Position numbers and translations under genes: made by a program
NCBI GenBank assembly: GCA_963693365.1
Contig: CAVNZM010000009.1
Coordinates: forward strand, 4,103,146 to 4,167,145
Length of the DNA stretch: 64,000 nt
Source: Amoebidium appalachense
Lineage: Eukaryota > Protista > Ichthyosporea
Direction: 5' to 3'
In this document: piece by piece, positions 52,682-64,000 of the stretch
Position numbering within the stretch: the stretch's first letter is position 1
Layout of the letters: each line of letters opens with the position of its first letter
The notes under the pieces: generated by a model
Told to the model about the DNA's origin: nothing
What the model saw: the letters and a program-made list of their open reading frames with translations, nothing else
Database searches by the model: none

Positions 52682-53760
52682 GCGAGGCATAAGTCCTTGT
52701 GCAGCCGGGTGTTTAAGTGAATGAACATGAATGAATGTCGTGTGACAGGCATACATGTGTGTGCGCGCGCACATGCACACAGGAGCGGGGTGTGTGCGTG
52801 TGTGCGCACGCCCTTATGTGTATGTGTGCATTTGAGTATGTAGGCATGTTTCCGTTGGCGATGGTGCAGGTAGGTGGGATGTGGACCGGTAATACGTGCT
52901 TGTGCATGTGTAGGTCAGTGTGTATGTGCGCATGTGAGTAAGTGAGTGAGTGCGTGTGTGTGTGTGGGTGTGTGTGTGTGTGCATGTGCGCTCGTGTGAG
53001 CATGTGTTTGCGCATGTGCGCGTGTGCGTTCGTGTGCATGTGTGTGCCTGTCCGTGTGCATGTGTGTGTGAGAGGGAGGGGGCAGCACACAAAAAGTGAT
53101 AAGTGCTTCGGATTGAGTCTGCTAAGCAAACTGGACGGGGCTAAGAGGCAAAGACGGGGGATTGTACATGTGTGAAATAGCACGGAGAACAGCCAGGTGT
53201 GGGTTGACACAATCCGGACCTCCTTTTCCTTCCTTTTTCTTCTTCATGTTTTCTTGAGGGGGAGGGAGGGGCCTAGGGAAAGGGGGGGGGGGGGGGGGGG
53301 GGGGAGTTGCATGCAGACAAAGGAAAGGAACAGAATGAAAGAATGGCAGAGAAAGGGGTCTTTTGGGATGAAGTCAGTATTTTCATCAGGTGGGGAAGGG
53401 TGGGATGGGGGGGATGGGGGGTTCTAATACATTACTTGCATGCTCCGTGCTCTTGCAGGACGGGAAGGGAGGGGAGGTACCGAGGGGGGAGGGGGGGAGG
53501 TAAGGGGGAAATGGGTAAAAAAAAGAAGCGGTGGACCAGGGGGGGGGGGGGGGGGGAGGACGGGTGGGTGGGAGGCACTCACTGTCCCTCTTCGTGATAC
53601 TGCAAGTGGGCGCGCATTCTGTGTGGCAGCTTATCGGCACCCAGGTTTTCCATCTTTCGCACAACCCCTCCTTTGGTCATAATGATGTTGGCTGTGTTCT
53701 GGAGAAACTGGGGGAGCTTGGCCTGTGTGTGTGTAGTGTGTGTGTTAGTATTTTTTTTTT

Positions 53761-53791
<31 letters not shown>

Positions 53792-54550
53792 GGGGTGTTA
53801 GAATGCGGAACATGGTACGTAGTACAAGTACACGATGAGAAACACGGTACAGGGCACAGGCAAAAGCAAACATTCAAGTATGCAAGATCAGCAATGACAG
53901 TAGTTTGCAACATGAGCAGAGCCCATCCTCAGGGAGGGGCCGGGGGCAGGGAGAAGGTATGTGCTGCTTGGTGAATGGGTGGCTAAAAGGGGGGGCAGGG
54001 GGAGGGGGGAGGGGGAAGGGGGAAGGTGTGTGCATGGGGGAGAGGGGGGGGGGGGGGGGGGAGCGGGGGAGGGGGGAAGGTGTGTGTATGGGGGAAGGGA
54101 GGGGAGGGCGCGGGGGGAGGGGGATTGTACTTGTTTTTCTGTGCGAGTCTGAGCATGTGTGTGTGTGTAAGTGTGTGCGCATGCTACGGGTCATTTCAGT
54201 GTGAGTGATAATTGGGCAGAGCCTGACAACATGCTCCTAAAGGAGCAAAAAATAGCTACTGCACGAAGAGGCAGAAAAAAAGAGAGGGATTCACTGTGGA
54301 TGGATGGGTGTGCCTGTGTACTTGCTTAAATGGTTCTGCTATTGAGTGCACCTCCATTGGCCACACAAGTGCACGAAACGGCATCACATTCCACAAGTGG
54401 AACACCGAAGAAATTGATTGGAACAGGAGGGCAAAGCATCGGAACAGGAAAAGGAGGAGCAAATCATCCTACTGTTCGGGTTAGTGTATTCATGCACTAA
54501 CTTACATCCAACCCCCGCTTGAAGATAAGGCACGCTTCGTAGGAAGGCAT
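52225..54550 (-). CDS. MRPS6: Mitochondrial ribosomal protein S6 (bS6m), ~135 aa, 3 exons
   Basis: Exons 54550-54506, 53722-53583, 52447-52225: MPSYEACLIFKRGLD-AKLPQFLQNTANIIMTKGGVVRKMENLGADKLPHRMRAHLQYHEEGQ-YMAMQFDV..LLLSHDIIRHTIV. This fits the bS6 signature (MPxYE, GGVVRxxENLG, DxIR). Confidence 0.92.
53798..53942 (-). repeat. Dispersed intronic element copy (MRPS6 intron 1)
   Basis: - strand GGCCCCTCCCTGAGGATGGGCTCTGCTC..TGCATACT..ATCGTGTACTTGTACTACGTAC..CGCATTCTAAC, then poly-C. Confidence 0.85.
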
Positions 54551-55255
54551 TCTTGCTGACAAACGTGCTACACCGTTACGACACGTCCTAGTTTTTCGTT
54601 AATTGCGTCGAAGAAGAATGTTGATATGTACGTGAACAGTAGGTGAGCGCTTTCTTTGGCAAACTTGTTACACGAAAGCCAAAACTTTGACAACAAGTGG
54701 ACCCGCTCTCTTAGGGTAGGGTGCAGGAGCCTAACAGGTGTTTCTATTGTAGAAGCGACAGTAGGCTAGAGAAAACATGCGTTCTAATCTCTCTCTTTCA
54801 GTAAAACTCTTTCGTTGTCTCTCTCTCTCTATCTCCCTTTAGACTCTCTATATTAGTTGAACTCTCTCTGTGTTCCGTCTATCTCTTTCCCTCTCGCGCT
54901 CACTCTCTGCTCTCGTCCTTTCTCTCTCTCTCTGAAGCGAAAGTGTGTGCATGCGGCAAGGTGAGCGCACCGCGGTGGGTTGGAAACAGGCCCGATTGAA
55001 TTTCCAGCCCTGTGAATCTATATTTAGATTATCAAACTATATTTGGCAAACCTCGGGTGTTCTGCCTGTACGGCTTCCTAGTGACTCGATTTTCAAAAAG
55101 TACTCTCGTAGTTCTATTGCTGCATCCTCGGGGGAATCTGCTTTGGGGAAAGATTCCACTTACATTACCCTAACAATTGTTTTTACACGCTAAGTTCATC
55201 AGGGCACCATTAATAAAAAATATAGCATCTGCACACTCTTATGGACAAAAATTGC

Positions 55256-55294
<39 letters not shown>

Positions 55295-55628
55295 GGCCCC
55301 CCAACCCCCAGCACCACCACCACCACCAAACACACACTTGAAAAAGAAAAGACCGAAATAGAAAAACAACCGCAATGAACTTCTGAGAAGTAACTAATTT
55401 TACTTGAGGCACAGAGAGACCTGTCTCAGGCATATATAGGGGGGTTTTGCTCGGTATATCTCCTCCGCGTTATATCATGATCAGGTGCATGGAGATTGAG
55501 TGCCACAGCATCGCCAAAATTTTCTTACTCTATAAATTACCTTACAGATCGTTAACAAGAAGAAAATCATTTATTTGGTGCTGTTTTTGTTTCATCCAAT
55601 TTGGGTGGCGCATTTTTTTTTTATTTTT

Positions 55629-55669
<41 letters not shown>

Positions 55670-55751
55670 AGGGCAACAAGAACGGGAGGATGTACATCAT
55701 CAGGAAAACGGAATAGAAGGAGGGGAGAAGGGTGGAGGGAGGGGAAGGGGG

Positions 55752-55787
<36 letters not shown>

Positions 55788-56351
55788 GGAGGACTTTCAT
55801 GTGCTAAGTTGCTATGGAAGAGTCTGTCGTTACTTACCCGAAGAGCAGTGCATGACTCTCAGATCTATGAAGTTGTAATTTATTCGGGCACCGGTCCGGC
55901 CCCAATGCGATGGGTTTCCTGATGACTATGATGGCTTGAGTTAGTTTACAACTACCAGAAGTTTAGCGGTTTACAGCTGTTATCCTATATTCAACACGCG
56001 CTCTCAAAAGAGAGGTATAGAGTGGAGGATTTTTCACAAGTAAAGAACTGTTTATCAGTTACAATAGCAAAGTAGCTGCTTATGAAAATAGATCTATCTT
56101 ATATTAGTTAAAATGTAATATCACCTCTTAAAAAGGGATTTGTGTTTATCAAGTCCCGACTACTAGTAGTGAGGATTGTACAACCTTTTGAAAAGGGATA
56201 TATAATGTAACTTATTTTTTAGCTTCCACGAAAAAAAATCAATATGTGTAACATACAGATGATTTCAAAATGTTTTACAGGTTTTTTGCTTCCACGAGAA
56301 AATATATCAATGCGTGCAAGATACCGGAGATTTCCTTTAACAAATTATACC

Positions 56352-56635
56352 TTAAGGCTTCTTTGCAAGCAATATTTCCTTTGCTTGTGCAAGAGATAGT
56401 TTTGCCTTGCACAGTGCAAGCAGTGGTTTCCCGTTCATGACTGGATGGGCAGCGTGGCCGGGTGTAGTCAGGCCTAGGGGTTGGCCCTTAAACTTGTCAC
56501 CGTTGAAGGAGGATATCCACACGTTTAAGGGCTTGCCCCCCGAAACCTGTTTTATGATGGCTGATTGGGGAATGAGAAGTGGGAGAAAATGAGTTGGGAC
56601 AGAGAGACGGGGAAGGGGCGTGCGCGTGTGTATGT

Positions 56636-56666
<31 letters not shown>

Positions 56667-57190
56667 GGGTAGGTGGTGAGGATGGTAGTTGTGGTGGTGG
56701 ATGTGAGAGGGGGAAGGGGAGAGGGGGGAGGAAAGAGACTCGGAGAGAGCTCTGTTAATGGTCACCATAGTATGACACGGTGTGGGCAGATATGTTCAAT
56801 GGACACAGTCTGGTGTTTCTTTTATCGTGAACGAATCGAGGTGCTGATAGTAGAGGAGGGGGAGGGGGGGGAGGGGGGAAGGAGGGAGGGGGGGGGTGGG
56901 GGGGTTTGAAGGCGCTGCGCGCCCCGGGTGTGGTGGTGGTGGTGGAGGGGGAGGGGTGGGAGGGGGGGGGGGGGGGGGGGGGGAGGTACGCAAATGCTTG
57001 GGCAACTGATGCATGTGTGCAACTATGATTTGAACATATCTGTGTTTATGTGTGAAGGGGTCAGGGGACAGGAGGAGGAAGGGGAAGGGGAAGGAACTGG
57101 TGCACGTGTCTCTGTATGCATTAATTTTTTTTGAGAAAAACTTTTGTGTGGAAGTGAAGTACGGAGGTACCCTTGCACGCATGCGTACAC

Positions 57191-57289
<99 letters not shown>

Positions 57290-57520
57290 ACGCGTGTTTG
57301 TGTGAGAGTGAAGTACGGAGGTACCCTTGCATGAATACACACACACCTGTAATTTCCTTCAAGTCAGCAGTGTTCACGGCAGCCAACACCATGCCCATCA
57401 TTATACACTGTCTGTCTGCATCCTCACGGCTAACCAACTTCTTGCTGAGGGCAAAGCGTGGCGGTGGCGGTGGTGGCTTGCATACTGTGGAGGGAGAGGA
57501 GGGGACGGTTATTTTTTTTT

Positions 57521-57551
<31 letters not shown>

Positions 57552-57562
57552 TTTTTTTTTCT

Positions 57563-57597
<35 letters not shown>

Positions 57598-58334
57598 GAT
57601 GGGAGTGGGCACAGAGGTGGGGCGGCGGATGCGAGAGTTTGAAATGGCGTGGGGTTGGCAGAGGAGGGTACTACTAGGCAGGGTTGGGTGAGAAGGAATT
57701 ATTTCGATTCGTGGGTGGGTGCAAGCATTGCGAAGTATGTGTCTCTGTGAGGGTGTATGTGTGGTGTGTGTGTGTCAGAAAAGGGATGAGGGAAAGAGGG
57801 CAGAAGAGGAGGCGGGGGGGGGGGGGGGGGGGAGATGAGGGGGAAGATGAGGGGAAGGGGTGGGGAATCAGAAAGGGAAGGGGCAGGGGGGGGGGGGAGG
57901 GGCGGGGGGGGGGGGGAGTAAAAGTGGAAAAGTGAAGTGAGGGTATTGAAGGGAGACTCACCAACAGTGAAAATAGATACACTGAGAGGTAAGTCCAAAG
58001 GCGTCAACCACTGAAAAATCAATCTTGTGAGTACCGCAATCGGGCGATTTGATTGGTGTGTTGGTCACCCAAACATCTGTCTGGTCCGTGACCTTAACCG
58101 ACCAAAGGAATTTGGTTAAGGCGGCTGAGGCGGCATCCGGGGTGGTGAAGGGTTGCTCTGTTGGGGGTGGGCAGGTGATGGCTGGCGGGGTGGTATCTGT
58201 GTGTGTGTGTGGGTTAAATGTTAGTAATTTTTATTTGTAATGTTAGTAACGAATTGCTTTGTTGGGCTTTCGAAGTCTCATCCGTGGGTGTGTGATCATG
58301 TTTTTTTTTTTTTTGCTGACAGGGGTTTTTTTTT

Positions 58335-58385
<51 letters not shown>

Positions 58386-58659
58386 GAGTGGAAAGGTGTG
58401 TGTACGTGTGTGTGTGGTGAGCGTATATGTGTGTCGGCTCTTTCTGTTCGGCTCTGTGGGTTTGGCTGCAGAAATTTCTTTAATTTCTTTATTACAGCCC
58501 GCATGTGCACGTGTCTGAGTGATGTGCCTGTGTGCATCCGACGGGGCCTTTTGCACATAATGAACATTGAAGAGGCGGCAGTGAGAAGGGGGCTGGTCGG
58601 AGGATCGGGGGGTGGGGGGAGGGGGGAGGCGGTAAGATGGTGGTGGTGGTGGTGTATGT

Positions 58660-58690
<31 letters not shown>

Positions 58691-58702
58691 GGGGGGGGGG
58701 AG

Positions 58703-58733
<31 letters not shown>

Positions 58734-61241
58734 GGGGGGCTGAGGGAAGTGGTCTCTCTTCTGGGGTTTTTTTTCCTTTTTCTTTTCACTGAAGTTCTTT
58801 CTTTTTCTTTTCTTTTCTTTTTTCTGTTTTTTTTTTTTTGGGGGGGGGGGGGGGGGAGGGGGGGGGGAGGAGGGGGAGGGGGGGGGGGGGGGGATTAAAG
58901 TGGACACACCTGCAGGACAATTCATCTGACCCATGACAACATCAAACTCTGCCGCACTGAAAAAGCTACCAACACTCGTGAGGGCCATAAACCGGATGTA
59001 GCGGGTTTTCTGTGTGGGCACAGGCAATCGTACTTTTGCACCGTGGCGTCGAGGTCCCCCGTGAGCATGGGGTTTGCCCACATTACGCAGTCGCCGGCCA
59101 AATTCCCATCCAAATCGATCGTGATTGTGCTGGCGCCAGTAAGATCTACCTTGGGTTTAACGACGGTCGGGCTGCTCAGGACCCAATCAAATTTCGGCTT
59201 TCCGTCCACCAAAACCATTGCACGAACAGAATTTCCATCGACTTTGCACGAATCGACGATCCCGACATCTGCCGAAAATAGCTGCAAATCACCATCCAGT
59301 TTCATGCACACACCCGACGGCGCTTCGACCAATAGCCCTCGGTTAAACTGGAGACTGTTCATCGTAATTGGTTGGTTCTCAGGTGTGAGATTTTCCCAAC
59401 GTTTTCCCCGGAATTGAATTCCGGCAATATTCGCGGTCACCTCTACCGATTTTGTCGTTGCTCCCATGAGCTTGGCCATCAAATCGAGCTCGGCAACTGC
59501 AACGAAATTACCGACCCCGCTTTTTGCTATGAATTTCATGTATCTCGCCGTGAGGGAAATACAGTTATGGTCTGCACAGGGACCTTATCGGGGGGATAAG
59601 CAGAGTCAAAAACCCCCTCCGCCTTTGTTTTCGGGCCAAACCCCCTTCTCGGCCGAGAAATACATTTGGTATTCTTGCACACAGCCATTTCCATTTTTGC
59701 GCCCGACGTATATAAACGACGTCATATTGTACATATATCTCAGGTCGAAAACAAACGTGAGGTGAGGGGGGCTTTTTCGGCCGCGCTGGTGGGGAACCAT
59801 GACGAATGGTAGTGCATGGTGGGGTTTGAATGAACATCATTTTCACCTCATGGCCCGGCTGTTCGGGGGGTCTTTCAACAATCGAAATTTTCGACTTTTG
59901 AAAGGCTGATGTCTAGGGGGGATCAATGTACTGCGGCGTGGTGGGGTCGGGTTTTGATTCGTTCATGTCGATTTTAGCCGTGATCGGTGATTGGGCGGAC
60001 CGGGGCAGAAGGCGGATGGTGAGGGTCCCGAATCGGTCGCCGGTGTCGTGGGACCACGTGCCGTCGCTATTGCCCTGCTCTAGTGATGCCGTCTAGGGAG
60101 ACGCCCAGCGGGGACTCTTGGTTCAGAACACGGAGGGTGTAGGTCTTGCTGGCCGGCAGGTTGCTGTGTGGGGGGTTTTTTTTTTTTGTGTGTGTGTGTG
60201 TGAGTGGGGATGGGGGTGGGGAGGGGGGGTGGGGGGAGGGGGTTTAGGTTGGGAGGAGGGGGGAAGGCGGAAGGGGGGAAGTAAGGTTAGCGTGGATGCA
60301 GGTGTATGGAAGGACTGAGGGGAGACGTGCAGCACGGCACTGCGATCATTGATAAAATAGCGACAGGATTTGTGTGTGCTTGTGTAGGTAGTATGGGCAT
60401 ATTTCTGTGTGTATTTGGGGGGGGGGGGGGGGGGGGGGAGAAGGGGGTTGGTGGTGGTGGTGGTGGGGGGAGGGGGGGGGGGGGGGGGAAGGGGGGAGGG
60501 AGGGGCTGGGTTGCTTGGTAGAAGGGCTAACTGTGGGCGGAGCGCATGATGAAGGGGGGGGGGGGGGGGGGGAGGGGGGAGGGGGGGAGGGGGGAGGGGG
60601 GGGCGGGAGGGGGGAGGGGGGCCGGTGGGGAGAATGGAGGACGGGGAAGGGGGGCCGGGGAAAGGGGAGGTGGAGGGTGGGAATCCACGGGGTAAGATCC
60701 TGTTGCGGGACCAATATTCACGACGATATCTTGAACAGTGGATGTACCAGTGCTCAGTTTCACCTCTGTGGTTGCGTACTCCTGCCTGTAGCCGTACGTG
60801 TCCCCTTCGTCCTCGTACAAGATGAAGGATGTGGTGCCGTAGGGGTAGAGGTCTAGGGCGACGTGGTCTCGGGCCTACCGGACCCGGGTGTGTATTTTTT
60901 GTTTTAATTTGTTTTTAAAAGGGGTGAAGGGGGAAGGGGGGCGGGGGGCGGGGGGAGGAAGGGGGGGGGGGGGGGGGGGGGAGGGGGGAGGGGGGAGGGG
61001 GGAGGGGTGTGTGTATGTGTGTGCGTTGGGGGGGGGGGGGGGGGGGGAGGGGGGGGGGGCACGGTGGATTGATTTATCCAGGGAAAGAACGGGGGGGAAC
61101 CAATGATTGACAGGCAGCAAAACATTTGAAAAGCCAAAGTTACACTTTGTTGAAGAAAGGACCAAATAAAAGGGGAACACGAAGGGCAAAGCAGACAGCA
61201 GGAGGGCTTTTGAGTTATCTGAATGGAAATGTACATTGTTA

Positions 61242-61275
<34 letters not shown>

Positions 61276-61958
61276 TTCCGCGCAGGTTTTATTTCGTGGC
61301 AAGCATATTGCCCGTAGAAGGAAAAAGGAAAATATGGTCTTGGATATGAGAGGAGAGAAGAGAGGGGCAGGAGGGGAGGATCCATTTAATAAGATAGGGA
61401 GGGTCTGTGGAAAGAGCAGTTTAAAAAAGGAGTTGGGGGGGGGGGGGGGGGGGGAGGGAGGGGGAGGGGGAGGGGGGGGAGGGAGGGGGGCTCAATACCT
61501 GGAAATCGTCCGAGACGGCACCCGGGTACATGGGAATGATAGCGCCTGCAAGCACCAAAACCGGTAGTTTCTCCAGGGTGATAGGAACATGCACTATAAG
61601 ACCCCCGTGGGTGCTGAAATTCTGTTTCCATCCCAATAGTCAAACCAGATTCCTTCGGGTAAATACACGTCTCGGTGCAGACCCCCGTTCGTTGCCATGG
61701 GGGCGTATACAGGTGCGACCAATAGCGAGGCTCTGTACATGTATTGGTATTTGTATCCGGCGAGGTTCGTGTTTTGTGGGAACTCCCAGAACATGGGGCA
61801 TACTGGGGGGAGCTATGTTGCTCAGCCTGTGGGTAGGTGTGACGGAGTGAGCCAGTGGGTGAAGTGAAGTGGGTGAGGGGGAGAGAGGAGGGGGGGGGGG
61901 GGGGGGGAGGGAGGGAAAGAGATAGAGTGAGAGAGAGGGGGGGGGGGGGGGGGGGGGG

Positions 61959-62028
<70 letters not shown>

Positions 62029-63148
62029 CAAGAGGCTCTGAGAGAGCGTGTATGGCTGTGTGTGCATGCATTGGTTTGATTCTCCCCCGCCGCAAAAAAA
62101 AAAATAAACTAAAAGAGGATATGGGGTGTGGGTTGGTGGTGGGTTCAATTCTGGGTTGGTTTGGAAGAAGGATGGGGGGGTGGGGGAGGGGGGCTGGGGG
62201 GAGGGGGGGAAAGGGGGGGGGGGGGGGGGGGGGGGCATGTAACCAAGTTTGCAGAGAATCTCCTTAGGGGGGAGGGGGGAGGGGGGGGGGGAAGGACGGA
62301 CCAGAGCTATTCCGGGGGGGGGAGGGGGAGGTGGGGGAGGGGGGAAGGGGGGGGGGGATGGAGGAGGAAGGGTGGACATGAAGGTACGGGGGGAGGCGCG
62401 GGGGTGTAGTGTGGGCAGGGGAGGAGGAGAGGAGGGGAAGGGGTGTTGCTGACCTCGCATGCATGTGTGTACATGTAAGGGGTGAGGGCCGGCTTGGGCA
62501 AAAGATACTGCGTGTTAATGGACTTGTAGGGCTCAGCATACCACCATGGGTGCTTGCGGGTAGTGGCGCTCCATCCTGTCATATGACCATATTAGGAAGT
62601 GCTTCCATATTTGGAAGTGGAGCAAAGCTACAACTCTAAAAATACGGGTTATATAATGCAGGGATGGGCAAGGAATATTGGAAAGCGAAGAGTGAAGAGA
62701 AAAAGGATGGTTTGGGAGAAGAGAGAACCTACGGAGGAGGGAAAGGGGAAGACAGGGAGGGGGAGGTGGGTTATATAGCTGTGCATGCATAGGTGTGAGA
62801 ACACAGGCTTCTTCTTTTTTTTTGTTTGGGGGGGGGGGGGGGGGAGGGGAAAGGAGCAAGGGAGATGGGGGGGGGGAGGGGGGTTGCACACACCGTTCAT
62901 GGAGATAAGCACGGGGGTAAAACACTTGAACTGAAGATCACGGGTGAAGACCTCGGGGGATCCATCGAAAATTCCGTCTACGTCCGAGGATCCTGATTGG
63001 TCCCCTGTCCACGTGACCGCATACCTTTGCGTTCCCGCCCACCCCATTACCGTCCACACCATTCCACGTGTTTTGGAGTTTTCGGTGAGTCCTCTGTGCA
63101 CCCGCCATATCATTGGCTAATAGCGAGTAGAGCTTGCCTGGTCCCGTC
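56352..63148 (-). pseudogene. GH31 (Nag31-type alpha-N-acetylgalactosaminidase-like) multidomain glycosidase pseudogene: GH31 - C-terminal beta domains - F5/8C (CBM32) - NPCBM (CBM51) - partial F5/8C - HYR - C-type-lectin-like
   Basis: Exons ~63148-62894, 62575-62454, 61826-61499, 60874-60689, 60163-58910, 58196-57962, 57484-57347, 56560-56352. Motifs GWAGTQRYAVTWTGDQ, DVDGIF..FTRDLQFKCFTP, HPWWYAEPYKSIN..LTPYMYT, LLVAPVY..VYLPEGIWFDYWDG, LYEDEG, ARYMKF..AELD, FSADVG..VDGK..VDLTG..WANP, DTTPPAITCP, VWISSFNGD. It carries several frameshifts, stops and internal deletions; the N-terminal exons were not found in the window. Confidence 0.85.
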
Positions 63149-64000
63149 CTAAAAGGGAATGGTGGATGTTAGCTAGTACCTTAAGAGTGGGGACAGGCCC
63201 CCGGTGGGAGAAGGGGGAGGGAGGGGGGGGAGGGAGGGGGGGGAGGGGGTCAGGGGATGGGGGAGGGGGGAAGGGAGGGGAGAAAGGAAGAGAAAGGTCC
63301 CCGGTGGGAGAAGTGGGGGGGAGCGGGGGGAGGGGAGGAGGGGGGAGGGGGGAGGGGGACGGGGGGGAGAAAGGAAGGAAGAAAGGGAGAGAATGAAGAT
63401 CGATAGATTCGGAGACTGTGAAAAGAAAACATGCCGACGGGGACTGTGAGGATTGTTGGAGACCTTGCTTTCATTTTTTGCGCCTCAAAGGTTTTTTTTT
63501 TTTTAATCGTTGTTGAGATGGAGACTAGATCGAGTCAGGACGGTCGCAGAGTCTCAGACAATCGATTCTGAGGGAAAGCTGAGTTGAGGAATTCACTCCG
63601 AAGGGAAAATGACAACTATACTATTTTATAGATCTGTAGCGTGGTTCATATATGTTCAATAAATGCAAAATCGGTTATAAAACGATTTTCTGCACTAATT
63701 TACCTGGCGAAACACGGGGTGAACGTTCATCATAGTATATATGTGTTCGTGTCTCAGATAGATACATACATGTGTTGAATCCGTGTAGAGTTAGCTGCGT
63801 GGTACGCGTGATCACATGTACACGAACAATGGGTCCGAGTCACAGGTCATGATCAAAATGTGCCACAACAAGTGTCACACAAGTTACGCATATGTGCCAA
63901 ATTGCCCTGCATGCGCAACAAGCTATTCAGGAAGCCTTGATGTGCAATCTAGCTTTGCCTAGCTTCAGTAGCTATTATAATAATAATCAACTGGTTGGAA

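Noticed and set aside
63510-64000. LTR starting TGTTGAGA that interrupts the GH31 pseudogene
   Set aside because: Only a TG start and an AATAAA were seen; there is no partner LTR, PBS or TSD in the window.

Overview
Eukaryotic genomic DNA with spliceosomal GT-AG introns filled with poly-C/poly-G, (CA)/(GT) and (CT) tracts; most entries in the ORF track are artefacts of these repeats. The gene set suggests a unicellular opisthokont or holozoan, but that is inference only. Reading splice sites and phases by hand gives, left to right: a degenerate Ty3/gypsy pol (-, runs off the left edge); a 9-exon PA-TM-RING-H2 E3 ligase (RNF13/RNF167/RMR-like, +); a 13+ exon protein with three HMG boxes (-), head-to-head with a Ulp1/SENP SUMO protease (+); a ~1330-aa disordered protein with four RFxV motifs and a C-terminal TSC22-like coiled coil (+); mitochondrial ribosomal protein S6 (-); and a pseudogenised, intron-bearing, bacterial-like GH31 (Nag31-type) hydrolase with a CBM32/NPCBM/HYR/C-type-lectin-like tail (-). 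The most unusual signals are in the introns. (1) A dispersed ~140-nt element occurs at least 10 times, only in introns of five genes and always in the host's sense orientation. (2) Many 3' splice sites have (CA)n or poly-C tracts and long AG-free zones instead of a U-rich tract. (3) Poly-C/(CA) versus poly-G/(GT) strand bias follows transcription direction. Homopolymer lengths and single-base frameshifts may partly be sequencing error.
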